Shown here in pieces: positions 1-15,100 of a stretch of DNA of 64,000 nucleotides. The notes below the pieces were generated by a model, which was given only the letters and a program-made list of their open reading frames with translations, searched no databases and was not told where the DNA came from. The first letter of the stretch is position 1, and every line of letters starts with the position of its first letter. The position numbers and the translations under genes are program-made. Origin of the DNA: Eledone cirrhosa (taxonomy: Eukaryota); assembly GCA_964016885.1 (NCBI GenBank), contig OZ024741.1, forward strand, positions 298,220,001-298,284,000. The letters run 5' to 3'.

Positions 1-725
1 CTCAGAAAATATCAAACGCTGAAAGATCTGAAAGATCTGTGCAGTTCAAAATTTCCTTAAAATAAATTTTGGCATATTGGTCAAATGTCATTGGTCTGGA
101 AGGCGCTGTAAAGGTGATTAGCTCTGATGTACATAAACAAATACATGTATTGTATGGTCTTAAATATGTCTTATAGTTAGCAGAAAAACTTTTATTAACT
201 GAGATTATCCATACAATTAGTATATAAAATCTCTCTTGTGGAGCGTTAAAAATCTAAAAATAACAAGCCAAGAAGATACCTCCATCAAGATGGAGCAGAC
301 ATATGAAGAATAGCAGGTGCTCTAGCTTGGCCTTAGCTGTTTAATAATAACACAGTCAGACAATAATAGTAGCATTCCTACAACAATTAATTTTCTTTAG
401 TCATTAAAAAACATTATACATGACAAAATAAAAAGAACATTACAAGAAATCCCATGCGTTATGAAATGAATAAGATGGGTTGGGGTCTCAATATGTATAC
501 TAAATGACTAATTTTGGTTTAAAAAAAAATCAACAGAGACAACCTAGAAAACTTACCAATTTTCCAACCACTCTACTTATTCCAACCCTGCTACTTATTC
601 CATCCCTCCTATTATCCCCCCCCCCCCCATTATTTGGGCCCCCGAATGTAATTATAGAACAATTATACGACAATGACAGGAGGTGTATAAGAGAAAAGAA
701 AAGAAAATATGTTTATGCTACTCAC

Positions 726-915
726 AGGATAAATCAGATCAAGGCTAGAAAGATTATTAAAACTGGCTTCAAGTTTGACTAATGTCGGAATTAAGTTTGT
801 TGAGATGTTAAGTTTATTTAGGTTCTGGCGACTCAGGTTGAGGTGAGTGATTGAGGAAAGTATTGGCTGGTCAGATAGTGAGTTGAGATCAAGAGTACCA
901 TTGCTGAGAGCTAGA
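726..915 (-). CDS. LRRC9: LRRC9 exon 17 (LALSNG...ITHLNLSRQNLNKL...LEASFNNLSSLDLIYP)
   Basis: tcacag / gtgagt; 190 nt; phase 2 to 0; LRRs resume. Confidence 0.88.
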
Positions 916-3900
916 CTGTGACAAGAAAATGAACAGGAAACAATTATTATATATAATGAAGTACTGACACACTGAATGTGACAATCATGATAACATGCAA
1001 ACTCTTTGCAACTGTATTTATAATGAAAATACTCTATTTCAATTAATTAAAGATGAAGTTTGAGAATAGTAACTTAACATATGGTTCTTATATCAAATTA
1101 TTTTGGAAGATTTTAGTTTAAACAGGAACTCATTAAAATGAGTGGTTTTATTATAAAGGAATGGAGCTGCTTTTGGCTAGGTTGGTAGTAAAAGGGTTAA
1201 ATAATGAAAATACTCCAGCCTTCTTGCAAAGATATACATTGTTAAGTTAGAATTTTGTTACCTAATATTTTTAAAATTATAATATTTGTTTTTCTTTTTA
1301 GTCCTTAGTCACAGAGATGTTTTTATAGGGTATAAAGAAAATTTTGTCAGAATGTGAGAAGTGATTAACTGTTCCGATTAAACATCTTCAGGTATATGAG
1401 CTCTATATGTATGAGGAAAAACAAATCAAAGATTTAATGCTGAAAAGGCAGTACAGGTGGTAACCATATGGTTAAGACATATAATCACGTGGTTTCAAGT
1501 GTAACTCTTGTTACACAGTACCTTCTACCACAACCAGGGCCAATGAGAGTGGTGTCCATCTGATACTTTGTTCTGGGGCCCAAGAGCTAAGAAGACCCCA
1601 CAGAAACCATGCAATATCCATTTTGAGAAAAATCTTTGCCTGTTACGGGCCCCAAAGTGGTCTTCTACTACCTTGCAAAATTTCTCTTGAAGGCCCTGAC
1701 TGCAATCTTAGCTCCTTTGAATATTGTAAAGTCAAATTCTAATTCTGACAAAATCCCTGCTGATTCTTATTTAAAGCCATTTCATGCTACTTATAGTATT
1801 AATGCAAATTAGAAAGACACAGAGTCACTGCATTTCTTTTATAACTCCATTCATTTCATTTCATTTTACATCCGCTTTTTCCCTGCTTGCAAGGGTGGGA
1901 CGGGAACTGATTCTGGCTTGATTTCTACAGCTGGATGCCCTTCCTAACATCAACCTCATTCACAGTGAGTGCTGGGTGCTTTTTTGCCGTGGCACCTCCA
2001 CGACCACTTTGCAGTAGAATGATATGGACCCCAGTCCTATCATCTCATTTCTACAGCTGAGTAAACTGGAGCAATGTGAAATAAAGTGTCTTGTTCAAGG
2101 AAACAACACATCATCCGGTCTGAGAATTGAACTCACATCCTTTCGATTGCAAGGCCAATGCTCTAACCACTAAGCCATGTGCCTCCACAGCATAAAAACT
2201 GGCAGCCTTGTGTCAGTGTCAAAAATCATTATTATTTTGTTGATACTATTTACTACAGTATCCTCCAGAAACTTGTGGCCTTATGCTAATCTCAGAAATT
2301 GTTATTATTGTTTTATTTATATATTTGCTTATATATTTATTTATGTTTACTTGTAGATTCTATAGACTTCTTCTGACAGAGTTTTTATCATATCCTGGAT
2401 ACAAGAATTCTCCTCTAATGATATCCACTGCGACAAGAATTTCTCCTCTATATCATTTTTAGCATCCAAATAGGGTTCTTTCAGTTGTAAAAATGGGTTC
2501 AGAATTTCATCCTGAAATCATAATAAAGGAAAAATAAATTAGTGTATGGCTCATTGATTTATAATTTCATTCATAATTATTAACACATGGGTCAAGCTAT
2601 TCAGAGGGAAAGAAATCAAATACTAAACAAATCGGATGAAGCTTACCATTTTTGGATCAGGGAATAGGAAGGCAGATTTAATCAATGAACATTATGTATT
2701 CAATAAAAATAAAAATTTGCTGATCACCAATTGATAGATATCTTTGAAAGAGTTTAAGCAATTAACCTAATACTTGTACATGTATCAGCATTCAGTCAAG
2801 ATTGGTTGAGCCAGTTTTAACCAATGCATCCACTGCAGTTGGAGCAGTGATAATCACAGACGTCTGATGCAGATATTATCAGTTAGTTATGATTTCAACA
2901 GTAGACACCATATATGCAATGACTAGACATTAGCTCAAAATCTAATTGGATCCTACCAATCCATGTTTTTAACTACATGCCTCACTGTTAAGGGCATCCT
3001 GGGAGGGACTCAGATGCGATTGCATCACAGATGAGTTTACATGATAGGCAGTAGAGTGAGTGACAAAAATCAATGGAGATACCTTTTGTGTAAGAATTGT
3101 TGAAGGGAATCAATCTGATAGCAATGATGAATTTTAGAGTTTGCTTGAAAATGGAGTGTTTGGCAAAGGCAAATGTGGTCAAAAACTTCCAACTTGCGTC
3201 AATTTATCACTTTCAATGGCTACATCACAGAGCCAAAAAGAAGGATAGTACAAACAATACCTAATAAGGTGGATTTTTATGGCCAGATGTATCTTTGACC
3301 TTGATCAGAGCTGGCTCTGAAGATAACAAAATGCACCCTGTGAATGGTTGATGCAGAGATCTATCTCAACTTTATCTTAGCTAGTGTTAGTGAAGGTGGA
3401 ACCATAAAGATTATTGTAATGATCAACATCTTCCAGAACATTACTGTTGAGTTTGAGAAGTCAAGATGCCAGCAGATAATATCTTTGTCTTGACTACATT
3501 AATCTTCATGACATCATGCAATGTGTACACACTGAGGCATTCAGTGACTGATTGAATGCCGATGTAGTTATTGCCAACTATTGCAAGGTCATTGGTATAG
3601 TCAAGGTAAATGACACTAAAATCTTGTCCCAAAGTGATGGCTAAGAAATCTTTCTGGCATGCTCTGCAACCCAGTCAATGGCATAATTGAAAGATGTTGG
3701 AGGTAGAACACAGCTCTGCTGGACATCTGAGTGAATCTCAAAGGTATCAGATTCCTCCTATGAAGTAAACTTATGCTTGTCTAGAGCTGTGGTATGTGCT
3801 CATGATATCCCAGAGAGAGAAGTGTTTGACAAATAAGGAGCTACTGAAAAATTGACAAAACATACGATTGTTTACTCTGGTAGCTATAGCATTGTTACAA

Positions 3901-6900
3901 AACCTTTCTCATAATGAAGATTTGATTTGTGTAACCTCAGCCTTGACAAAAACCACACTGATTTAGCTGGGTGCATTTTGGAATCTTCTTAGAAGAATGA
4001 TGGTGAATATCTTGGCTGCATTATCTATCAAACTGATACTCCACTAGTTACTACAACATCACTTATCACCCTTCTTGAAGTAAGGGAGAAAAACTGCATC
4101 ACTCCAGTCTAATGGAAGAGATTCTATGTCTGAGACATATGTGATCACATGTTGCAGCTAAGGAACCAAGATAGAACCATTTTGAAAATTTCAACTGGTA
4201 AACCATCTTTAACAGACTTAGCTGAAAACAGAACCTGAGTGAAATAGAATTAACTGCTGCTCTAAATTTGAGCATGAGTTTAACATGAATTTAGTATTAA
4301 TCAATAAAGGAGCCTCTATGTGGTTGCTCACCTTGTTAAAAATAGCAGTAAAATCCCCTAAAATCACACTATACCTTGAAAAAGAAGACACATTAAACAA
4401 TGATATAGTCACAGATTAATGCTTTTGATCATAAATCTACTTCAACAGAGCTGACCAGGACCTAAATAATAATAATAATTATGATTTCTAATTTAGGGAC
4501 AAGGCCAACAATTTGCAAGGAGGGAAAAGTTGATTACATCAACCTCATTATATGATTGGTACTATATTTTATTGACTTCAGAAGAATGAGACCCAGAACA
4601 AATACCACAAAGCACTTTGTCAGTTGCTTTAACAATTCAGCCAATCCACCACCCTTAATGATAATAATAATGATTTCTGATTTAGGCACAAGGTAAATAA
4701 TTTTTAGGGAGGGGGAAGTCAATTAAATCGACTTTAGAGCATTCCTGGTACTTTATTTTAGCGACCCCTTAAAGAAAAAAGGCAAAGCTAACCTCGGCGG
4801 GATTTGAACTCAGAACATACAGGCTGTAACTCTATACTGCAGAGCATGTGTCTGACGCTCCACTGATTCTGCCAATTCACCAATGATAATAATGATTTCT
4901 ATTATAGGCACATGGCTAGTAATTTTGGGAAGGGGAAAGTCGATTAAATCGACCCCAGTGAATCACTGGTGCTTTATTTTATCGACCCCTTAAGCTAACT
5001 TCGGCAGGTTTTGAACTCAGAACTTAAATGGCTGAAACTCTATGTTGCAAAGCTTGTTGTCCAATGCTCTACCGATTCTGCCAATCCACTGCCCTACCAA
5101 TAATAATAATAATTGTTTCTACTTTTGGCACAAGGCCAGAAATTACCCAGTACATTACTGGTACTTTATTTTATCGACCCAGTAAGGATGAAAGGCAAAG
5201 TTGACCTTGGCGGGATTTGAACTCAGAATGGAAAGGGCCGTAACTCTATGCGTCAAAGCATGGTGTCTGACCCTCTACCGATACTGCCAATCCACTGCAA
5301 TAATAATTGTTTCTATTTTAGGCACAAGGCCAGCAATTACCTAGTACATTACTGGTACTTTACTGCAATAATAATTGTTTCTACTTTTGGCACAAGGCCA
5401 GCAATTACCCAGTACATTACTGGTACTTTATTTTATCGACCCCGTAAGGATGAAAGGCAAAGTTGACCTCGGCGGGATTTGAACTCAGAATGGAAAGGGT
5501 CGTAACTCTATGCGTCAAAGCATGGCGTCCAACCCGCTACCGATACTGCCAATCCACCGCCCAATAATAATGATAATAAATCATGATATGTAAAGTGACT
5601 TCTTTTTTAAGATGGTAAGGTGTGAATTTAGGGAATTTGACAGTTATTTCTAACAGGCTGACTAATTACATCAGGGCTTTTTTGGGGCCAATACTTAACT
5701 CATGACAATGCTGACGGTGGATACGGATGTTGTTAAGAAAGAGGATGATGACGGTGATGATGGTGATAATGATGTTGACGGTGATGATATTGATGGTGGT
5801 GATGATGTTGATGATGATGATGACAATGATGATGATATTGATGACGATGATAATGAAATTGATGATGTTAATAACAAACAACTGAAACTACACAAAAAAG
5901 ACAAAAAAAAACAAAAAACAAAAACAAAAACAAAAACAAAAACAAAAACAAAAACAAAAACAAAAACAAAAACAAGAAAGCTTACAGTGAAGTTGTATTT
6001 GAAATTTACAACATATTCTGGTACAATGAGTCCAGGATTGCAAATGTACCATTCTTTCTGATTTTGAAGACATCTGCAAGAAGGGTGGTCATTCATAGAA
6101 TATAAAAAACCTGAAATAGGAATTGGAAGGACTAGATTACATGTTTAGCAGAAATGTTTGTGGTGCTGTTGTTGTTGTTGGTAATGATGGTCGATGTGAC
6201 CATTAATTGTTAAGGTATTGTTGAAGTGATTGATGTTGGTGATGTGAGATTTATGTAGGTAAAGCGATTTCCTCAAAGCATTGATACAGACAAAAAAGGA
6301 AATAAAACTGATAATTTAGATGTTTTTGGAACTCAATGAAACTATGTGACAAATAAAAACACTAACAGGAGTATGCAAAAGTTTTAAAGAAGTTTTAAAT
6401 AAGAGTGCTTTTCTTAACATGTTGGTAAAACAAAAACATAGAGTATATTTGTTGATGTACTCTTGGGTTCCCCAAAATAGGGGGTGGAATAAGTGGGGGA
6501 GGGGATGAAATAAGTATGGGTGGGAGTGGGGTGAGGAAAATTGGAATAAGACCGGGGGTAGTGGAAAAAAAGCTAGTAGTGGTACTGCTACCACTGCGTT
6601 CCTAACTATGGTAGCATTTCAAAAACAAAAATATTACAACTTAACACCTGTCTGATGAAAACACATCAAAGGGTTATTATGCAATCACTTTGATATCTTT
6701 GAAATACTTATAACAGGATTATACAATAAACAGAGGATGTTCATTTAATAGTATCTCATCTTTATAATATATCATCATCATCATCATCAACGTTTAACGT
6801 CCGTGTTCCACGCTTGCATGGGTTTGGACGGGGGTTTTCCCACTTGAGGCAAGAGTGATTGTCTTATATATACATATATATGTATACATTCGGTATACTA

Positions 6901-7929
6901 TGATGCAATTCACTTCAAGCACTCAACGTCATATTGCTTCTTTAAAATAAAGATGACAGAGTATATTTATAAAGAGCAAAATGCAAAGTTATAGATGTTA
7001 TATTAATTGAGCCATTATACATATTTCTGTGACGATAGATATTGTGATATCTTCAGACAGCAAAATTTAGTAGAAAGTAACATTTCCAAGGCAATTATGG
7101 GTGGAGGGAAGTGGAATAAAAAAATGTATGTTTTTGCTTTGGATGTCCGCTCCCTATATATATATACTAGCCGAATTACCCGCGCCTTGCTGCGGTTCAC
7201 ACATTTTATTTGTAAGAAAATGATGATTGATTTTAAATCAGTGATATAATTTATGGAGAAAAACTCTGCATTTCAATATTACTCATTTCATTTTTGTGTA
7301 AAGCATTATTTTATTTGGGCTTCCAAAATTTTCACTATAGGGGGTTTAACCCCCATTAGGGTGTCTTAATATTATTGAAATTTGCTGAAATTTTGTGAAT
7401 AGGCATCATATCTTGTCATTTACCTATGGTTTAAATTTCATATAAATTGAAGGGAAAAGATTTTCAGCCGGGACTTGTGCCGCTGCCCCCCCCCCCCCCC
7501 CCCCAGGGAACCCTTTGATTAAAATAAAATATACTTATCCAAGTATCCTGGGCAATGTAGTTTCAGAATATATATGGTTATGGGGGTCTATATCCAAAAC
7601 CATAGGAGGAGTTTGTGAATAAAGGAACAAACAGACAGGAACTACAACTTTATATATATATATATATCTAAAACAGAGAATGTCTGCCTGTCTGTCCGAT
7701 CACTAAAACTCGAGAACCACCCAACCGATTGTTTTCAAACTTTACACATGTAATACTTATGGTCCTGTGAGTGTTTTGAGCAAAAACAATTTCAAATTTT
7801 CAATGCCCTACGCATTAGCGATCTCTCTCTATAACTCTTAGTCTTTCTCTTTTTAGATAGATACATAGATATAACGTTGTGCTCTTATAATATCTGTCTG
7901 TATGCCTGGCTGTCTGCATTATGACGTAG

Positions 7930-7993
<64 letters not shown>

Positions 7994-8392
7994 TGTAACG
8001 TTTTTTGAAATATTTACTTCTGCGTTCACAGATTGATTTTTTTAGTTTCAGAAGATCCCGTTAAGGGTGAAAGCAGCGATTTTTTGCTTAAACTTTAATC
8101 CGTTATTTTAATATATATATATATAATTATATATTCATGTACAGATATTTTTGCATACACAATAACAAAATATAAACAAACGTATTTATTTCACGAAGCT
8201 CGATAAGGATAAATATATATCAAATATATAAGAACCCTAGAGCAAATCCCGAGCAACACCGGGCCATTCTGCTAGTACATATTTAAAATAAGGAAAATAA
8301 TTATATTATAATTGTTTAGAACTACAAGTGAAGTCATTCTTTGCCTTTTTTTAAATATACCTAACTGTACCAAGGATTTCACACATTTTCCA

Positions 8393-8431
<39 letters not shown>

Positions 8432-11400
8432 AAGAGAGCAAGAGAGTATACAATTATTTCATATCAGTTCTGTTATCAGATTAGGCTAAAAATCAAAAAA
8501 AGTTAAAAGATCTTATGTTTTGGTCTTACCTGCCTGCTTTAACAACATTTTCTTGGTTATAAAAAAGGAAGTGACTTGTGGGTAATTAGCTGGGTTGATA
8601 CTGCAACATAGTGAGGACAGAGAGGTTTGTTGGAAGTTCGATATATTGATATAGAAGGTACAATGTACATAAGTTACTGAAGTATGAACAGAGATACCTT
8701 AAAGCTTAGATTAGAAGGATACCATAAGATAGGGATTCTCAAATGGTGTAGAAGGAATTTTAAAAAGTTTAAAATTATATCTTTAGAAATTCATATTAGT
8801 GCTCTATTTTGGACACACACAAAGGAAGTGGTTTTATCCACCATCAAATCCTCTCACTTTCTCTCTCTTTGGTAACTTTACGCTCATGTATTGTGACAGT
8901 TATAAAAGGAGACAAAAAGTTCAGACCGGTGAGAAAGATATTAATTTTTCTCCTAATTCCAGGTTATTAATTTAAATAATTATTCTCTAGCTCCAAGATG
9001 GCTGACTGAATATACACGTGTGTTTTTCTTGCCAAATTTGTTTCTCATTTTCCCCATTCCTTTCTCTCATCACTCTTTACTTTCTATTTTTCTTTTATTT
9101 CTATCTTCTGATGAAGGACTAGTGTCTGAAGCGTTAAGACTCTCTTCCTGCTATTTCAAGTGTTAAACTAATATATTCTTCCATGTACTGTGCCATTTGT
9201 TATGTTATTTTTGTTATTACTTTTACATACATATTTATAATTTGGTTCCTCATGCATTCACCTTACATATAAACATGCATTCATCATATTAACTTATTTT
9301 CTCCGTAATTAATATTGAATAGAATATGTATGTTAGCATTTTTTCTATGTCATTTATGCTATATTAATCTTAGATAGGATAAATATAAAGTAGGATATTT
9401 TATCATGCAGCTCTTCTTGTTGTTATTGATAAACCATGTTCTTATTTTCTTGTTTCCACATATTATACCTGTAGCAAGCTACTTTCCTTTGGCACATTGA
9501 TAGGCTATTCGTGCATGATTTGGCTAAGTTAGGCCAATCGTGAGCCGTGCATGGATATGTATTTTCAACTTCCGCCTAAACTGAGATTTTCCCGCTACTT
9601 TTGAAAAATCTATCTCTTGTTGTGTCAACTGTGGAAAGGTAAACACCATTTTTCTTTTGCCGTGAAACCACTAGCCAATAAATAACGACAACAGCATAAC
9701 TGCGGCCTGGCCAGCACTTCAGCCAGTTGACATTACCTTCTATACTCTTAATTTGTTTATTCATTTGTTTTGGCAAGCCAGCTCAATTCAGCTCAATCTT
9801 TGTAATCGGTTTGTAAATAAAATATGTAAAAACACTGTAAAGTCTTGTGATGCTATTACCACAGCCATAGCCTTAAAATGTGATATGGAAAGATTCTTCC
9901 CAGAGTTATTATCACTGCAACAACAGAACCTGAGACTTACAGCCGAACCTCAATTCAACTTACATTTATTGATATAACAAACCATACCTTTCCTGCTACA
10001 ACAAAATACATCATCATTATTATTATTGTCGTTGATATTATTATTACATGGCATAATATTATTTAACAGCTAAATTGGTGACTATTAAATGTCTGCTATA
10101 TTGGTGACCTCTGTTGATACAAATACATAATATTATTATCATTATTTTATAGACAGCTAAATACCCAAACATAATTAGTGGTGACCATATATTTATCACC
10201 ACTCATCATCATGTTCCCACAACTGCTGCAGCCAGTCATTGAGGTACCACTCTAGATGCTTTTGCAGTTAGTTGTTGCCATTGGTCTCTATTCTCCATCA
10301 TGAAGACCTTATGACAGCAAAGCAAACTTCTTAACCATTTAGCCATGCTGTGTCCATACCTCAGAGACAGTATATCATGAAGTAATAGCAAACAATATTA
10401 AAAAAAAAGATATACTGGAGAAAAAAATATAGAACTATTAATTGACAATTAAGCTATGGCTGAGAAAGTTAATAGCCAAATTGATAGTCCGATTGTATAG
10501 GTTACAGGTATATACATGTAGATTCAGTGTACATGATATACTTACAAGTAACAACAACCACAACAATAAGAAGGCCATATACCCTGCTAAAGAAGGAGTT
10601 AACCTTGCAGATGCCTTGATAAGTTTCATACTAATCATGGAGTCCTTTTAAAGGCAATGTTTTACAGCTGAATGCCTTCCTTGTGCCAACCCTTTTGATC
10701 AGCTCTTACATGCAGGGATACAGTGTACCTATCCTAAAAGCCAGAATACACATGTCAAATATGGTGTATATATTCTAAACTATTACAAATAACAAAACAG
10801 AATAAAAGAAATAGAATTTGAGGTGAGGAGGCTCCCCCTTCCCCTAACAATTATAGGTTCATGCCAAATGGCCACATTCTTTCCATCACAGATCTGTCTT
10901 GCTCATGACCTTGCTTGCATTCTTGCTGAAAAATCTATGACATCTTCACAGTTTCAACTGCCAAAGAAGTAGCAAAATTGTTTTACTCACTCTTTACTAT
11001 CTTCAACAAGAATTGCATTTCCCTTATAAACACGACATATCAGCAGCTGGCCTGAAGATAAATAATTGATTAAACATGACATATATATACATGTTCAGGG
11101 AGCTAGTACGATCACTAGCTACAAAAGGCCTTTCCCTCAAAATGAAAGGCAGACAGTATGACGCATGTATACAAGCAGGAATGTTGCATGACAATGAGAC
11201 CTGGGCACTGTGTGCAGAGGACTTACGAAGACTGGAAAGAAATGATGTTTGCATGCTTCGATGGATGTGTAATATTAATATATGTGAACACAAAGCATAA
11301 ATGAACTAAGAGAGAAACTAGGCATAAGAGGAATTAGATGCAGTGGGCAGGAGAGGAGATTGTGTTGGTATGGACACGTGATGTATATAAAGGATGATGG

Positions 11401-12136
11401 CTGCCTAAAAATGTGCAACACACTCAAAGTTGGTGGAAGCTATGGAGTAGGAAAACCTAGGAAGGCTTGGGATGAGGTGATAAAAACTGACGTTACACAA
11501 TTGTAGCTCTCAAAGGCTATGACACAAGATCATGATCTCTGGTGTTATTCAGTAATACAGAAGATCTGCTTCCCATGAGTACATTCTGAAGCATACATAT
11601 AGTATTCACCCCCTTCCCATGGACACAGGCTGAAGCATACATCTGGTATGCACCACCTTCACCTACATCCCCCTCCCACGTCCTAACACTCCACCTCTCA
11701 TACATGGTCATATACTCACCTCCCTAATCCCCATGTACCCTTCCCACCAAAACCCCCAGCCCACACTGTAAAGTGGTCCTCATGGCAACATGACAAAAAG
11801 CACCCAACCCACACTGCAAAGTGATTGTGTAGGTGTCACAACAAAAAGCACCCAGCCCACACTGTAAAGTGGTTGTATAGGTGTCACAACAAAAAATACC
11901 CAGCACACACAGTAAAGTAGTTGTGTAGGTGTCACAACAAAAAGCACCCAGCACACACTGTAAAGGTGGTTGGTGCTAGGAAGGGCATCCAACCATAGAA
12001 ACCAAACCAAGATCGGTTCTGTGTGAGCAAGACATGGTCATCTGACCTCAACTTGCCTCAAATAGGACAACCCGTCTAACCCATGGTAGCGTAGAAAAAT
12101 GGATGTTAAACAGTGATGATGATGATAATGATGATG

Positions 12137-12190
<54 letters not shown>

Positions 12191-15100
12191 AGCTGGCCTG
12201 TAGATAAATATACAACTCTGATCATGCTATGATCATTGCCAATCTGGCACTTGAGGGCAGCAACAAAAACCAGAGCGCTCTCCAATCTGCTTCCTTTGAT
12301 TGGAAGAAAGCAGATTGGAACTTGTACTACACTGAGCTACTGCGCCCAAACTGGCATGAGATGTATAACTCTGGAGATGTGAACACTATACTCCAGAGCA
12401 TCCTGGACTCAATATGGATAGCGTGTGCAGCATCAGTGCCACGTAAGCAGAAAAAAAACCACCCTAAAAGTGCAATTTGGGAAACTTCAGCGGTCCAACT
12501 TGCCAGGAAAGAACGTCGGAACGCTGAACGGGAATATAAACTGCATAAATCAGATGCCAACAGAAAAAAGCGGAATAAATCTTCTAACCATCTCAAGCAA
12601 GTGACAAAGAAGGCAGTGCTTGAATTTGAATAGTGCATAGCAACCAATCCTGACAATAAGGTGTTCTGGAAATATGTTCATTCAAAGCAGAGACCTCACT
12701 CTCCAGTTGGTCCTCTTCGCAATCCCCACACAAGCCAGATCACTGACGATCCCAAAGAATGCGCAGAACTCATTGCTGAGTGCTATGCAAGTATTTTTAC
12801 TGTTGAAAGCCAGAATGTACCATCTCTAACATCAAATTCCATAACAACTATGGAATTTACACCTGCAATGTTGCGACGTCACCTTAAGAATAAGCGCAAC
12901 TATGCCTCCCCTGGTCTTGATGGTGTTACATACTGCTTCTCAAATGTGGCGGGTATTTTCTTTTGCACCAGCTTTCTTTCTTCTTTCAATACTGTCTCAA
13001 CAATGGTGCTACTCCGGAGCAGTGGAAAACTGCCAGTGTCATTCCCCTGTTCAAAAAGGGCAACCGCATGTCACCTGTCAACTATCGTCCAGTCAGTCTT
13101 ACTAGCTGTATGGCCAAACTGATGGAATCCTGTGTCAGAGAAACACTTTGGAACTTCTGGAGCTCTCACAGCCTCATCCGGCCCTCACAGTTTGGATTTA
13201 TCCCTAACTCCAGCTGCTGTGATCAGCTTATCGAGTTCCTTGAAGACATCACCCGGATCACTGACAGCGGCTCATGGGTGGATGTTGTTTACCTTGACTT
13301 TGCTAAGGCTTTTAATTCTGTGCCACACAAAAGACTTATGGCAAAACTCTGTGCAATGGGTGTGAGGGGTGATCTTTTCAACTGGTTGAAATCCTTCATT
13401 CTCAGCCGAAAAGAAGTAGTCACGGTTCTAGGACAGCATTCTTCACCATATGAGATGTCATCTGGTGTACCACAGGGATCTGTTCTTGGTCCCCTTTTGC
13501 TTGTGGCATATATTAATGACATAGATGCCAACTTACAGAATGCCACGGTACTGAAATATGCAGATGACATCAAGCTGTACCTTGAAATCAAAAGGACGAT
13601 CCTGAAATCTACAACTCTTGCCTACAATCAGACCTGGACACGATGCAGCAATGGATCACAGACTGGCAACTGAAGCTGGCTGTGGACAAGTGTACCACCA
13701 TGCATTTTGGGAGGAAAAATCCAGTGTCCACATACTCCCTCCACAACACTGATATCAAGAAGTTTTCTTGTGAACGTGACCTGGGCATTACTGTCAGCAG
13801 CGATTTGCGTTGGACAAAGCATGCCTCTAAGATTGTCAAGAAGGCCGAGGGTGCCTTGGCATCACTCAGCAAGACCTGTGTTAGCCGCTCTCCAGCCATC
13901 TATTTAAAACTGTATACAGCTATGGTACGACCACACTTGGAATTCGCATCATCAGTCTGGAACCCCTATCTTGCTCAGAACATTGACCTCCTGGAAATTG
14001 TTCAGAGACATGCAACCAAGCGCATACCCTCCATCAGACACCTACCATACTCTGAACGCCTTGCTTCCCTGGGCATGGATTCATTGAAGCTCCGACGTCT
14101 GGCAATGGACTTGGTGAATACCCACAAAGTTATTAACCATCTCGCCAATTGCAACCCTGAGCACCTTTGATCACCATGTGTCTAACACACGTGGACATGC
14201 CTACAAAATCAGAAAACAGCACAGCTCCCATGACTTTCGTAAACATTTTTTCACGCTCAGAGTTGCTGAAGCATGGAACAAACTGCCTGCGTCAGTTGTT
14301 AGCTGCCGAGACACTGCATCCTTTAAGACACTCATGCTTCCCGAAATACGCCAAAACTACACCTGATGTACTCCTTCCATACACATGCACACATGTGTGT
14401 ATCATGACTCGTGCACTGTTCATTTTCCTGATGTTTGTGCATTGCCCTATGTACTGTACATGCACTTTTTGATGAGTTGTGGTGCACCTGGGCACTGTAC
14501 ACAATATTTCATTGTTATTATTGTTATTATTATTATATCATGACTCATACACTGTTCATTTTCCTGACATTTGTACATTATTCTATGTACTATACATGCA
14601 CCTTTGATGAGTTGTAGTGCACCTGAGCACTGTATACAATAATTTCATTATTATTATTATGATTAAAAGTTTGTACGTGACAGGAAACTTTATGAATATT
14701 AAGAAGGCTGCCTCAAAGAATATGAGGATTATTAAATTTGAGGGCCCTTCGGTTATCCAAAATGAGAGTAGTGGTTATGGTGGTGATGATGTTTGTGCCG
14801 GTACTAATGGGTTGGATGAGATATTTTGAAGCAATTTGTTTTATGGCTGGATACCTTACCTGATGTCAACCCATACTTTATTTTTAAGTCCGGCACATAC
14901 TTTGAACTGCTAAGTTGTAGGACTTATCAAATATCGCAACTTGCTTCAAATTGTGACTAAATGTATACGCACATGGAAACTCACATGCACACACACATGC
15001 ATTGAACATTCTTGCAATTTTCCCTCTATTAAATCCACTCACAAGGCATTGGTCAAAGTCAATCCATGACTATAGCAGAAGACCCTCATCCAAAGGGCTA

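Noticed and set aside
2347-2352. In-frame TAA right after exon 16 as the LRRC9 stop
   Set aside because: A GT donor just before it gives phase 2, matching a downstream LRR-encoding exon at 726-915, so the gene continues.
5666-6061. Asp-rich, KTKTKT and Ser/Ile-rich ORFs
   Set aside because: Translations of (GAT)n and (AAAAAC)n microsatellites; only 5986-6110 on the minus strand is a real exon.
9430-9960. Possible exon or Helitron helicase relic
   Set aside because: No canonical donor in the needed phase and motifs too degraded to call.
11724-12010. ORF with 16-aa Cys-rich repeats; superficially a CRISPR-like array
   Set aside because: A 48-bp tandem repeat without unique spacers, inside a SINE-like element in a eukaryotic intron.
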